DNA of 63,400 nucleotides, filler included, from Conidiobolus incongruus B7586 (Eukaryota): NCBI GenBank assembly GCA_000697335.1. It is 9 parts of 9 records of this genome, joined end to end, with 100 filler letters (N's around TTAATTAATTAA, not from the genome) between each part and the next. Parts side by side here need not be neighbours in the genome. Positions count along the whole stretch, not along the records: positions 23,671 to 30,844 come from JNEM01006230.1; positions 30,945 to 33,008 come from JNEM01006231.1; positions 33,109 to 35,500 come from JNEM01006233.1; positions 35,601 to 53,255 come from JNEM01006234.1; 5 more parts are not named here. One strand, 5' to 3'. Shown piece by piece: positions 28,195 to 41,500 of this stretch (position 1 is its first letter; each line of letters starts with the position of its first letter). The notes under the pieces were generated by a model. It saw only the letters and a program-made list of their open reading frames with translations, ran no database searches and was not told where the DNA came from. The position numbers and the translations under genes were made by a program.

Positions 28195-31100
28195 ACTTAA
28201 TATAATATATATAATCACATCATTAGGAAAGAATATATGAATATAATATCCATTTTAATATTTATTTTATATCGTTTAAGGTATATTTTGCTCATTGCCT
28301 TATCAAGATAAATATTTATTTAGTTAATAGAATATCATATTTAAATGAATTAAAGAAGTTTGATAAATTATCATACTATATTTATTTCCTGTTTTGAATA
28401 ATAATAAAAGATGAGCTAAGAATTATTATTTCGAAATAAGTAAATACTAGTTTAATTTGATCATAAGCTCGAAGGTGGAGGAGACAGTTTCTAGCGTGGT
28501 ATTCTCAAATTGATTAAGTATTGATGTCACTTATATAGTGTAAATCAAAATAATCAATGAATGAAATCATGTTAATCAAGTTGTATACTATATTTTCATA
28601 AATGTTGAATAATACTGAAATAATGAATAGTTCTGATTTACCTATGATTTTTCCTTTTTTTTCAAAAATTACCCAAGTATTGAATCAAACATGATATCAC
28701 TTTGGATTTGTTAATAAAGAAAATATTGTCACATGACTGATCCATAACCAATACGAAAAAAATATTAAATGAATATAAGAAATATATCAAAAAGGATATA
28801 AATTAATAACTTTATATATTAAATACTAAACTAACTTTTGTTAAGGTATTAAATTAACATTCAATAAATATTTATATTTTATTATGATCTCACATAATTA
28901 AATTTGTGTTGATATAACAATGTGTAATGTGAATATCCGATGTATTGATCACTCAATCAGTTAAACAAATTTAATTATTTGATAAGGAATTTGATTCATT
29001 AAATTTATAGATTTTAAAATTTCTAATGCTGAAGTGAATGATAGTTGAATTGAAAATTGGTGATATTTGTTAGATTTTAACTCCTAAACTACTAGGCTAA
29101 ACTAAGGTTCAATATTAATAAACCTAATGATCATTAGTCATTTATCTTATTAATTAATTAAAAATATAATATCTATTAATTTTCTAAAAGTTTATTAAAT
29201 AATGAGGTTCATAGTTCAAGATAATATCTCTAATGAAATTAATAGATCAAATTACAATTAATTTAAATTAATAAATATTAATTTGCATACCATTTCAATG
29301 TTTTCAGCTCATGAGTTGACCAAAAATAGAATATGAACTTTTTTGTACCTAACCGCTATTTAAGGTTTTTCGAACTAGAGTTTATATTCAAAACATCGTT
29401 AAGTTATACTATATTTGATATGGCTGCAACAAGGCCTTCACCACAGCAACTCTAAAAAACATTTAGATTTATAAATTAATTAATCTTACCTAAACTCACA
29501 TACTATATCTTGATACTCTTCCTCTAACTATTTAATTATTTAATTTCTTTAGCATTTCACTAACAGAATCATTTACTATTATTGTAAATTATTTTTTAAC
29601 TAATATTTTAATAAAAGACCTTTCTCTTATATATAACTAATTTAACTATTATTCTCTCAGCTGTCATTGCACTATCCATTCCGATTTTTTGAGTAAATTT
29701 TCATGAGTATATAAATCATTATCAAGTATGAGAAAATCGATTTAAGATAAATTATAGATAACAATTGAGATGATGAATTATAAATAAATTTTTTATATTA
29801 AAAGATGTTTTTCCACTTTAAGGATTATTGAATATTAAAAATATAATAGATATCAATTTATTTTTTTGTATTATGATAAAATCAAAATATTAAAAAAATT
29901 TATTCAAAAAATCATAATTAACCATATGATTCAAATATAATAACTACAGAACACTAACACTATTAAAATTTATTCAGTAATTACAAATGAATTTGGCTTT
30001 ATGTTTGATTTAATGTTCAAAATAAATTATTTAATCCAAATATATATTGATATTTTTGGGTTAATCAAATAAAGTATAAAAATATATTAAATATAATTTA
30101 TGCTCAAATCATCTCATTTTTGACAAACTTATTTTCGAAATAAAATTGTATTTATATGTATTTTAACTGTAATATATACTTATATTTTAGAATGTTAAAT
30201 GATCAAAAGGTTATTTAAATTTAAATCTCACTTATATATGCGATTATAAAATATAATATAATCACATTGATTAAAACCTTATAAATATCTACCAGTTTAT
30301 TTATATATAAGATAACTTGTGTAATCTTTTTATTTTCTATAAATTAATTTTAAAAATCTAGGGATAACCATATTAAATTTACTATAATTCTTAATTATAT
30401 ATATATATATAAACTTTAACCAATATACTATATAATAGTTAATATAGTTTGAATTTATTATATTATTAGTCTTTCAACTGAAAATTATTATCAATTCAAA
30501 AAGTATTAATTTTATATTAATGTTCAATTAAATATATTAAGAACATTAATTAATAAAAATCATTTTATTATATTTAATTAAGTCAAACCTAATATAAGAT
30601 TGGAATAATTTATATTTAAAAAAATTAATTCAGTTATTTTCTGATATATTTATAATAATATAATAAAATTATTATTAATATTATATTTAAATTTTGATAT
30701 TTAAAAATAAGATAAAATAGAATATATTATTATTTTTACTATATGAAAAGCAATGTTCAAATATATTAACTATAAAAGATTTCTGTTTATTTTAAAAATA
30801 TGGGAAAATTAAATTTTCTTTTTATATATATATATAAATATATANNNNNNNNNNNNNNNNNNNNNNNNNNNNNNNNNNNNNNNNNNNNTTAATTAATTAA
30901 NNNNNNNNNNNNNNNNNNNNNNNNNNNNNNNNNNNNNNNNNNNNTTGAATATAGGTATAATATTTATTATCCATTTATTTTTTATATAGTTTTAAATTAA
31001 TAATGATATAAGAAATTAAATAATTTTTTTAATATATAATACATAGATATAATTGATATAAAATTAATTCTCATATTTATTATTAAAAACATTATAATAT

Positions 31101-31294
31101 AATTTTGATAAATTTTTATTAAAAATAAAATAATTTTTTAATAACTGAAATTTAATATTTCATAAATTAATTAAATTTTTTTTAAATTTTTTTTAATATA
31201 AGCTTATTTGTTTAATTATTTTTAATAATTATAATTATATAGTTGATAATCTAATGAATATAATATATATGGTGGTTTTTTAATAATATATATA

Positions 31295-32867
31295 CACTGA
31301 CCTGCAAAAGTGAGTTATAAAATCAAAAATATATATGTTTTAATTAATAACTAAAACAATTATATATATTAGATTACTTGAAACTATAATATATAATTAA
31401 GGTATATTATTTAATAATAAATAAATATATTTAGATATATTTAGTAAACTATTAGCAAAAATATTAACCCTTAATATTTAACCAAGGTGAGTTATAAATT
31501 TGCAGGTTTTTGAGATAAGGGGATATATTTAACAATATATAACCATATCTTTTTTCTCTCTTTGTTATTATTTTATATAATATTTTATAAATATACTAAA
31601 TTCTTTTTAATAATATTATTATACTTAAATCCCTCTTTAAAAAAATCTACTTGTGCATCAATTAACTTTATAAAAAAGGTAAATTAACTTGTGATATTGT
31701 TAGAATTACTAGTGTTAGCTAGTTTACTATAGTTAAAGCTGTTAAGAATAGTAATAAAAAAACATTTAAACTTAAACTTAAGTGTGTTAAAATTATAGAT
31801 AAATATAATGAGAAGTATATTTGTAGGTTAGTTAATATAAGTAAATATAGTATTATTATAGAAATACAATAGGAATTATAAGACTATATAAGAATATTAG
31901 TTAACACTGATACTATTATATATGTTTTATGTTAGTATAGATACCACTTATACTTTAAGAAAAAATACCCCTAATTAAAGAAATCTTATTATAAAGCTAG
32001 GTAAAAGTTTAAATGTCACTATTAATATTAAACTAAAATTAATTAGAGTAAAGTTATTTAGTTTAATGAAACAAAAATATACTTTAGTAGATTTAATAAA
32101 AAAACTAGATATTTTAAAAAAGATATAAAATTACTTTATAACCATTATGTTAATTTTACCTAAAAGTATAATAATAGGTTAATTATTATTTAGGGATATA
32201 TATTGTTTTTAAGTATAAGGTATCTTTGTAAAGTTAATAAAGGAATTAATATTAAAATATACTAAAGTATTTTAAATAATGAATTGAAAAAAACCATTGA
32301 ATAATATAGGTTAAATAAATCTAATGTTATTTTCTAGTAAAATAATACCTTTAACTATACTATAACTTCTACTACTAAATAGCTTAAAAATAACAAAATA
32401 ATAGTTATGAAGTAGTTTCTTTAATCTCCTAACTTTAATCTAATTAAACACCTTTAGGATTAATTAAAAAAAGTTATTAAAGCTTTCCCCCTAGTAAAAA
32501 ATTTAGATTAACTTTAAAAATATGTTTAAGAAGTATAGAATAAGATTAATCCTTTTTAGTATAAGAAGTTAATTGATTTTATACCCCACAAACTTAAAGA
32601 AGTTAGAAAAGCTAAAGGTAGATACATTAGGTTTTAATTTTTTTTTATCACTAAAAACCTACAAATTTATAATTTACCTTAGGTAAAATTTAAAAGTTTA
32701 TATTTTAACCAATTAATAGCTAAATATCATCATTTAATGATATATATAACTAATAAATATAATAGATTTTAATTATTTAATTTAAGTTTATTTTATTAAA
32801 TATTAATTAAGTTATTAGTAAAAATATAAGTGTTTTTGATTTTATAACTCACTTTTGCAGGTTAGTG
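31295..32867 (+). mobile_element. Full-length but inactivated Tc1-family DNA transposon (DD34E) with IR/DR-type ends and TA target duplication
   Basis: 35-bp TIR CACTGACCTGCAAAAGTGAGTTATAAAATCAAAAA with one mismatch, flanked by TA. Transposase relics VI*FNETK (=VIWSDETK), F**NNT (=FQQDNA), *SPNFNLIKHL* (=QSPDFNPIEHLW); 34 codons between the second D and E positions. Confidence 0.93.
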
Positions 32868-33109
32868 TATATATATATATTAAATATTTTATAATTTTAA
32901 CTTTTTTATTTTGTTATTATTATATATATTAAAAAATTAATTTATTAATTTTTTATATTTGATTTTATATAATTAGTTTAATTTATTATTAATTAAATTA
33001 TATGTATTNNNNNNNNNNNNNNNNNNNNNNNNNNNNNNNNNNNNNNNNNNNNTTAATTAATTAANNNNNNNNNNNNNNNNNNNNNNNNNNNNNNNNNNNN
33101 NNNNNNNNA

Positions 33110-33310
33110 TTCGTCGCTTGTAGTGATGAGGAGGGAATCCAGTTGGACAGAAGAGATCCTATCATTCATGAACAGGGTGAATTTGGAAAGCATAGTCCCC
33201 CCCACAAACATATTCGTTGTGGAGGACCTAGGCGCTTGAAATGCCCTTACCACATGCGCTGTAAGAAGCATTCCAACTGGCCTCATGCTTGGGGTTACTG
33301 TGTTTATTAG
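33110..33310 (+). CDS. 3' part of a small secreted Cys/His-rich cationic peptide precursor (5' end in gap)
   Basis: Open frame from the contig edge: FVACSDEEGIQLDRR-DPIIHEQGEFGKHSPPHKHIRCGGPRRLKCPYHMRCKKHSNWPHAWGYCVY*. GC content falls shortly after the stop. Confidence 0.7.
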   Translation, partial: FVACSDEEGIQLDRRDPIIHEQGEFGKHSPPHKHIRCGGPRRLKCPYHMRCKKHSNWPHAWGYCVY

Positions 33311-33690
33311 CAGCACCATTAGGGTAGCCAAATGAACTAATAATATTAATACTCTTACTTGATGATGAAATTTTTGATTCAATCAATCATGAATATTATA
33401 ATAAATTTGAATTGTATTTCATTAACAATAGTTTGATATATATTATAAAAAGGAAAAAATTAGTAACTAATAATAAAAATGTATATTAAAAAATTTAACA
33501 TAAAGATTATTGATATATAAAAAATAAAATTGAGAATGAATATTAGAAGTATTGGCATAAATTTAGCACTTCCCCCTCTAAAGTAAAAGGATAGAAGTTC
33601 TAGCCTATCATACTTCATAAATTTAAATATAGTTATATTTGAATTACATTTTTGATATTATAAATTACATATATTTATTATATATTATAA

Positions 33691-34025
33691 CTATAGTGGT
33701 AGTTAAATTAATATAATATAGAGGAAAACTTAATATAAAAATAATATGGCAGAATATGGCAAGGTAATATAGGATATAGTATGCAAATGTAAACAAAGTT
33801 TAATTAAGCTTTAAACTGGGATAAGTCACTGATATATTAAGATTTATATTAGGTAGTGCCAATATATTATAATATTAATAGAATATGGTTTTAATTTTAA
33901 AAGTAGTGTAAAAAATAAAAAATAGTAAGAATTAAGAGAAAAAAGAAAATTTTAGTTTATTAAATAAATTTAATATAATTTATATAATTAATTTAGCTAT
34001 AAAAATATAAATTAACTATAAATTA
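33691..34025 (-). mobile_element. Degenerate partial copia-type LTR (older subfamily)
   Basis: Alignable by eye to the LTR at 35039-35435 (shared aaacaaagtttaattaagct and gtcactgatatattaagatttatattaggtagtgccaat). Boundaries approximate. Confidence 0.8.
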
Positions 34026-34333
34026 TATATTTAATATATATTTTTATAGCTAAAATAATTATTTAAACAAAAATGAATTATTTAATAAACTAAGCTTTTC
34101 TTTTTCCTTTTAATTTTTACTATTTCTTATCTTTTATATTGTTTTTAAAATTGAAACTATATTCTATTAATATTATAATATAATAGTATTACCTAATATA
34201 AATCTTAATATATTAGTAACTTATCCTAATTTGAAGCTTAATTAAACTTGGTTTATATTTACATATTATATTTTATATTACCCTATCATATTTTATATTA
34301 TATTATTTTTATATTAAGTTTTCCTTTATATTT
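34026..34333 (+). mobile_element. Degenerate partial copia-type LTR (older subfamily), inverted against the previous copy and cut by the LTR at 34334
   Basis: Reverse complement matches about 33715-34025. Boundaries approximate. Confidence 0.8.
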
Positions 34334-35038
34334 TATTAAGAGACTAGTTCTTTAAATTCTTATATACACTTTTATATAATCCAATTAACTATAAATTATA
34401 TGATTAATTTATACTTATGTAGTTAAATTAATTGTATAAATAGTATTAAATTATCTAATAAACTAGGTTCTTCTTTTTTCCTCTTAATTCTTATTATTTT
34501 TACTTTTACACTATTTCTAAGATTGAGACTATATTCTATTAATATTGTAGGATATTGGCACTACCTAATATAAATCTTAATATATTAATGACTCATCCTA
34601 GTTTGAAGCTTAATTAAACTTTGTTTACACTTGCACACTACAGCCACATTATATTACTATGTTCTATACCACACTACTTTTATATTAAGTTTTCCTCTAC
34701 ACTATATTAGTTTAACTACCACTATACTTATATGGTAGCAGCAATAAAACTATTAAAAACCTACTAGATATTAATAACTATCTGTATCAAACCTAATTAT
34801 TACTATTTTAAATTTTATCTATAATTTATTTCATTCAAATTTAACACTATATACTATAATACCACTAAAAAAAGAGATACCCTTATATTATTTTAATGAT
34901 GATGGCAGCTTAATTACTGAGTGAATCTAAGACTTTAGTCCCTAAAAGTTTACTGCCCTCTAAGAAGCTTATATTAGACAACTTTTGATTGAAAAAAACA
35001 TGTTTCAAAGAGCTTAAATCTAACAAACTAGCTACTTC
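34334..35038 (+). mobile_element. Ty1/copia-type 5' LTR (34334-34732), tRNA-iMet-type PBS (34733-34742) and degenerate leader/gag
   Basis: LTR TATTAAGAG...CTTATA (mutated TG...CA) directly followed by TGGTAGCAGC. Confidence 0.85.
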
Positions 35039-35500
35039 TGTAAGTGTAGTGGTAGTTAAACTAATATAGTACAGAGGAAGACTTAATATAAAAGTAGTGT
35101 GGTGCAGAACATGGTAATATAATGTGGCTGTAGTGTGCAAGTGTAAACAAAGTTTAATTAAGCTTTGAACTAGGATGAGTCACTGATATATTAAGATTTA
35201 TATTAGGTAGTGCCAATATCCTACAATATCAACAGAATATAGTCTCAATCTTAGAAATAGTGTAAAGGTAAAAATAGTAAGAATTGAGAGGAAAAAGAGG
35301 AACCTAGTTTATTAGATAATTTAATACTATTTATACAATTAATTTAACTATATAAGTATAAATTAATCATATAATTTATAGTTAATTGGATTATATAAAG
35401 TGTATATAAGAATTTAGAGAACTAGTCTCTTAACACTCCCCCAGTGGGTCTCTTAGAGGAGACACACTCCCTAATTTTTTGCAAATAGGTATGGTAGGCC
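35039..35500 (-). mobile_element. Ty1/copia-type 3' LTR (35435-35039) with polypurine tract; internal part runs into the gap
   Basis: Minus strand GGGGGAG-TGTTAAGAG...CTTACA. 397-bp LTR, least mutated copy of the family in this window. Confidence 0.88.
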
Positions 35501-38500
35501 NNNNNNNNNNNNNNNNNNNNNNNNNNNNNNNNNNNNNNNNNNNNTTAATTAATTAANNNNNNNNNNNNNNNNNNNNNNNNNNNNNNNNNNNNNNNNNNNN
35601 TATTTAAATTAATAATTTTTAACGATTATTATAATTTGAAATAACTAAATTAATAAAATAAATATTTAAAAAATAATATTTTTTAATAAAATGACAGTTT
35701 ATACTAATATATGTAATATAAAGCTATATATTATATAATTAATAATATTTTTTTGAATCCTATTTTATATTAAAAATATAGGATTTTTAAAAACTGATTT
35801 TATTTAAATTAAAGCAATAAATTTTAATCATATTACAAATAATAAATTAATTCAATTAATTTATTAATGAATTAAATAAATTTAATACATTTATAACTAG
35901 ACTTGATTTAGCATTATTATTTTATAATAGCTCAAATAATTTTGACTTATTAATAATAGATTTGTCAAAAATTAATAAAATAATATTACTCGAATCTTAA
36001 AATTTACAGTGGTTTTTAAGGCAAGATTATTGGTTGTTAAAAATATCTATTTCAATGATTTGTATTGATCAGGGCTATTAGTGATATATTTTAAATAAAA
36101 CTTGAGTTTAATAAACTATTAAAATAACTCAATAGAGGGGATAATTTTAATTATTTTGAGGTAAATTGACAATCATTAATAATAAAATTATATGATTATT
36201 TAGTATAATAATTCACTTTTCATTAATAATATATAGTATTTTTAGTGTAGTAAGATATAAATTTGTAGAATAAGTATTGTGAAAGAAGTTAATTAAAATT
36301 GGTGTATTTTCGAATTTAAATAACCATAAGTATATAATTTAAACTTTTTTTCTTATATAATTGATATGTATTTAATAAAATTCTATTTTAAGATAATCCA
36401 CATATAATTATATAAATATACATGTGTGTATGTTTATAAACATTGAAAATAATATTCTTGTTCAAACAGTTGTATAATATTGAATTTCAAATATTTTAAC
36501 CCTCGATAAGTACGAGATTTGAATAATATCATATTTGAATGAAAAATACTTATTATTAATGTCATTCAAAGTAATATGTTAGTAAAATATTTCAATATTC
36601 ATTTTTCTCATATTTTATATTTATATATTCCAAATAATGTGTCATTAATTTAATATATTATAAAATTAAAATAATTAATAAAGCATGAGTGTATTATAAT
36701 TAATGTAAATAATAAGCGAAATGATAGTAGTTTAAGTATATTAATTAAATTTATAGGACTTAAAATATTATACTTGATATTTTAATAGACAGAAAACTGA
36801 TCAATTTTATTTAATACCATTCAATTGCAAGGTTGATTTTTTTGTGCATTTTTCGAAATTAAATATAGTCAAATACAAGTTATCAAGAGTGCAAATTGGA
36901 ATATATTATATTAATTTTCACTTAAAATCATTTTCTTATGAATCAATAATATAATATAAAAATAATAAATTCTTATTATTCAACACATTTCTTTAATTTA
37001 AATATAATGAAGAATATAATTGAATATAATATTGGTATAATTATTAGTAAGAATTAATTCAATATCCATTCCATATTTTATTCTAAAGATGTTATTTGTA
37101 TGCTGATGTAAATAAAATTCAAAATCAACTGTAAATTAATTGAGTTAAATAATTTTAACCACCAAGTATTTAATGGATTGATATGTAATTGAGTTATTTT
37201 ATAAATATAGAGAGAATTGGGATTGATAAAATTACTCGATTTTAAAAATGATTTTTTTAAAAAAACACACACACAAATGGATAAAAGTATTAACCATTCA
37301 AATTACAAAATTTCTCTCATTAAAAACCCAAAAATTATGAAGAATTACTCCATTAATTTAAGGAGAATACAACTACTAGGTGTAACGGACAATATAACTA
37401 ATTTGATAAGTTTAGATCTTATGAATTTTAATTATTTCCATATTATGCTAATATTTATATTGTTTTAACAAATACTAAAGTAGAATTTTATAAGTCTTAA
37501 ATCCTACCCTAATTTGATTTTTTTTTCTTGATTTTTAAAGTCTTACGAGAGAAATAACAGAAAATTTTAATAATTGTTTTGAGCAAGTTATTTGGAATTA
37601 TAATTAGGTTCTTGATATAATCTTGATATTTAGTAAATAAAGCTTTAAGGTAATATATATATATATATATATTCTATCTTATGATATGCAAACTAATTTC
37701 GGATGTCAAAGTTTTATTTATAATTATTTCTCATTGTCAATTGATAATACTTAGTAAATGAAAAATTTTGTCAATATATTCATAACATTCTACAAAGATG
37801 GCAAATGTTGTAGCTATCTACTTTTACTTAAATTTGAATGGCAAAGTGTGTAGTATTAAAGCTGAAATAGAATGTATTAAGTTTTATAAATATTTTGAAT
37901 ATTTAGATATTATTATATAGTATTAACATTTTTTAATTATTGGTTAAAAATATTCTATATTTTGATTTTAACAGTATTTTCATGTTCAAATATTTAGTGT
38001 AATTTAATATCAATTATTTTGAAATCAAAATTTATAGTTGAATCAAATACTAAAGGCTAAAGTAGTTTAAAACATCAGTATGATATTTAATATAATATTA
38101 CATTTAAACTAGTAATAAATTTTTGAAAATGAAATAATGTTAAATTTACTAGGTTTGATATAATTTTATAATTTTAATATTAGTTACAGAGTTAATAGTT
38201 GATATTTACAACTGATTATAATTCACTCATGTATCATAATTGTGATTACTTGGTCGATAAAATAGACAATTTTTTAGGTCATGTAAATTTATATTTGGCA
38301 TTTGATAACTTTCGTGGGTTGGATATCATAAATTATTATATACTTTGTTTAAGCTCAAAGAATTATTATTTTAGCTCATATTATTAAATTTTTGAATATA
38401 TCATCATCTTAAAATAATAAAAGATTAATTTAGCTTATATTAATTATTCAATCCATATAGCTATATAATAAAAGCATACAGACTATTAAAGTAAAAAATT

Positions 38501-41500
38501 ATAACAAACATTTTATCATATAAACATTGCTTCAAATTCCTTCTATTGAAAGAATAATTTCGCTTATATTTATTGTTTTTCTTTATTTAATTTCATATTA
38601 TATGTAAATAGGTTAATTTTATACTAAATAATATATTTTCGACCAATATTATAAACTTATAATTCAAATTATAATAAAATTTTAATTGATATTATGTTAA
38701 TTTGTAAATGATCTGAATTATATATTAATAACCATATTATATATTTATTATTTTGATTTTTAAAGCCTTATTGATATATTAGTTGAGAAACTATCAATTA
38801 TAGCATTGTCTAGATAAATACCAAGTAATTCAAAATTAATTTTATAATTCATTATTAATTGCTGCTAAATAAAAGCATATTTTAATATTCTTGAAAACTA
38901 AAAATAAGCATATATTGCTTATACTATTATTACATGATATATTTAAATATTTAATAAATAATAGTTTGAAATCAAAGTTTATAGAATTAAAGATTAAATC
39001 AGCATTACTTGATACTTTTTTGATATATATCTATAGTATGATTATATTATAGGATCTATTAATTATATACTATTACATAATTATTTCATATTAAATATTT
39101 TAATTGAAATCTAAAATTATTTAAATAGTTAAAATAAGGGAAATGAAATTTTTTTTGATATTTAAAAAAATTAATAATTATATTGCTTTATTAATACTTT
39201 TTAAACATGTCGTTATACATACTGTTAATAGAACTATTTTAATCATGAATAATTCGGCCCAAATAAAGTTTGTTGTTAATCACAAAGAAAGTAATCTATT
39301 GGCAGCCAAGAAAAAGCATTTCTGTCCATTCAAGTAAACGAGCGTAAGGGAATTTTTAACAAGTATCAGCATCCATAATGTCCATTAAAATTGAGAATAC
39401 CTATTCAAAGTTACATTTTTTATAACCTGCTATTTATTCTTAAATTATTTAAAAAAGGTTCATTTCAATTAAAATTTTGTATTAATATAGTTCTATATAA
39501 GTGGAAATAAAGATTATATTTATAAACATGAATATTAAATATTTAATAATAAAATTTTTAATAAAAGTTAATAAATTAAAAATTAGTTGAATTTATTTTA
39601 ATTAATAGTGAAAAATATTAAAGAATAATTATGTGAGTAATCAATAGCATTTATATGTTTTACTTATTCATCAAATATTAAATATATTAATAGATAATGA
39701 TATCATAAGAATTTATATGATATTTAAAGTGATAATTTAATATACTATTGAATCTGTAAACTTTTGATATTCAAATTCGTATTCGTAAAATTTTTTTATA
39801 GTATTTTAACTATTTCAATGTGATGATATATAAAAAATTTAAGATTGGATGTTATTTTTAGAACTAATATAAATTATTATATTTTAATTTGACTAAAAAT
39901 AATTTAATTTACACATTTTTAAATAATTTTATTCAAAGTTTAATCTAACTAATTAATTGATAATAAAACAGAATTTAATATAAATTAATGTTATTCAAAG
40001 TTGCAATAGTTAATCTAATGATATTAATATACATTAAATTAAATACAATATTAGTTAATCAGTTGATTATATTATAAACTCATTTGATAAGAGAATATTA
40101 ATTCGCTATATAGTTCATAACCTTGGTTTTAATATTATTAATAATTTTAGATGAAATTAAGTACATTGTTAAACCTTATAACAGTATCATAAACGTACAA
40201 ATCTATACATCAATTCATGTTATATTCTGCATTATGTAGTTCTACATTTTATGAATTTATATATAATAATGAATCACACTTTGATAAAATTTAAAATATA
40301 TTAGTTTTATTATTTACTATTAACTTTTTTGAAGATAATATAAATATATAATATATAATAAATTATTTTAATATTATTTATATAATTAAATTACAAAATA
40401 ATGTCAAGTGAATTATAATATTAAATAAAATAATTAATTTGAATCAGTTAAATTATTATATTTTTAAAATTATTTAATATAATTTTAAAGCTATCATATA
40501 TAAATATTTTTAATTAATAAATATGCATCTTATCCTTCAATGCCCTTAAAAATATTTAGCACTTAAACTGTATTATAATAGTTGATATTAAAAAAATATA
40601 ATTTACAATATTCATAGATTGCATATGTAAAGATTATACTGATATTTAGTTAACATATATTTAAAAAAATTTAAATTTGAAATAATAGAGGTTAATAAAA
40701 TGATATGAATCCAACTGAATTACAATTGAGGGTTGAAAAATTAAGTGTAAGAATCAAATTCAGTAAAAATATTTGATATTATAGTGAATATTCAATTATA
40801 GTGAGCTTAATAACAATTATATCATTATTTAAATATTAAAAACTTTATTAAAATCTAAAATATCTTATAATAATAAAAATACAAAAATTAAATTTTTATA
40901 ATTATTTAAAAATAAAAAAAATAATTAAAATTATTAAGATGATATTCAAAATATTTAAGGGTTTCAAATTTATTTCAATCTATAATATTATAAAATCAAT
41001 TACTATGTTTCGGCAAATTTAAGATTATCCATATCTTTCCATTAATATGCATTTTGAGTAATAAGCAGATCCACATTCACTTTTGAATTCTACGACTTCC
41101 AGTTGAATCACATATTATATCTTACCTCATATTCAGTAATTTTATTACTTATTAAATTCAGGAAAAAAAATTGAATCATTCTAACTAGTAAAGCAAGTTG
41201 AAACTTGACTAAACTTTTATTTTGATTTTTATAATAAAAAAACTTAATAAAAATATATTAAAAATAGTGGTGAATTAAATAATTTAAAAAATTATTTAGT
41301 TGAACCAAAAATTCCACTTTTTATTATTATTATTATTATTTTAAAGTACACACTTATTTGAAAAATTATAAAAATATATTATTGAATAATTTTCCAAAAT
41401 AAAAAAAAAATTTTTTTTGGGAAAAATTTATATATGATATCATAATCTGATAAATAAGAATCCATTTATAGGAAAAAATAGTTTACGATTGAGGGTTAAA

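Noticed and set aside
33053..33382. 109-aa minus-strand ORF
   Set aside because: Non-ATG start, runs through Ns, and is antisense to the more coherent peptide frame.
33569..33580. PPT-like AGAGGGGGAAG followed by TG on the minus strand (possible further LTR)
   Set aside because: No identifiable LTR end or second copy.
34910..35140. Similar short ORFs at 34910-35140 and 62822-63034
   Set aside because: Similarity comes from shared LTR sequence; both cross LTR boundaries and lack ATG starts.
37078..39337. Short I/N/K/L/F-rich ORFs in AT-rich deserts (also 2314, 10965, 18372, 47741, 47838)
   Set aside because: Composition mirrors the AT-rich background; no motifs or splice support.
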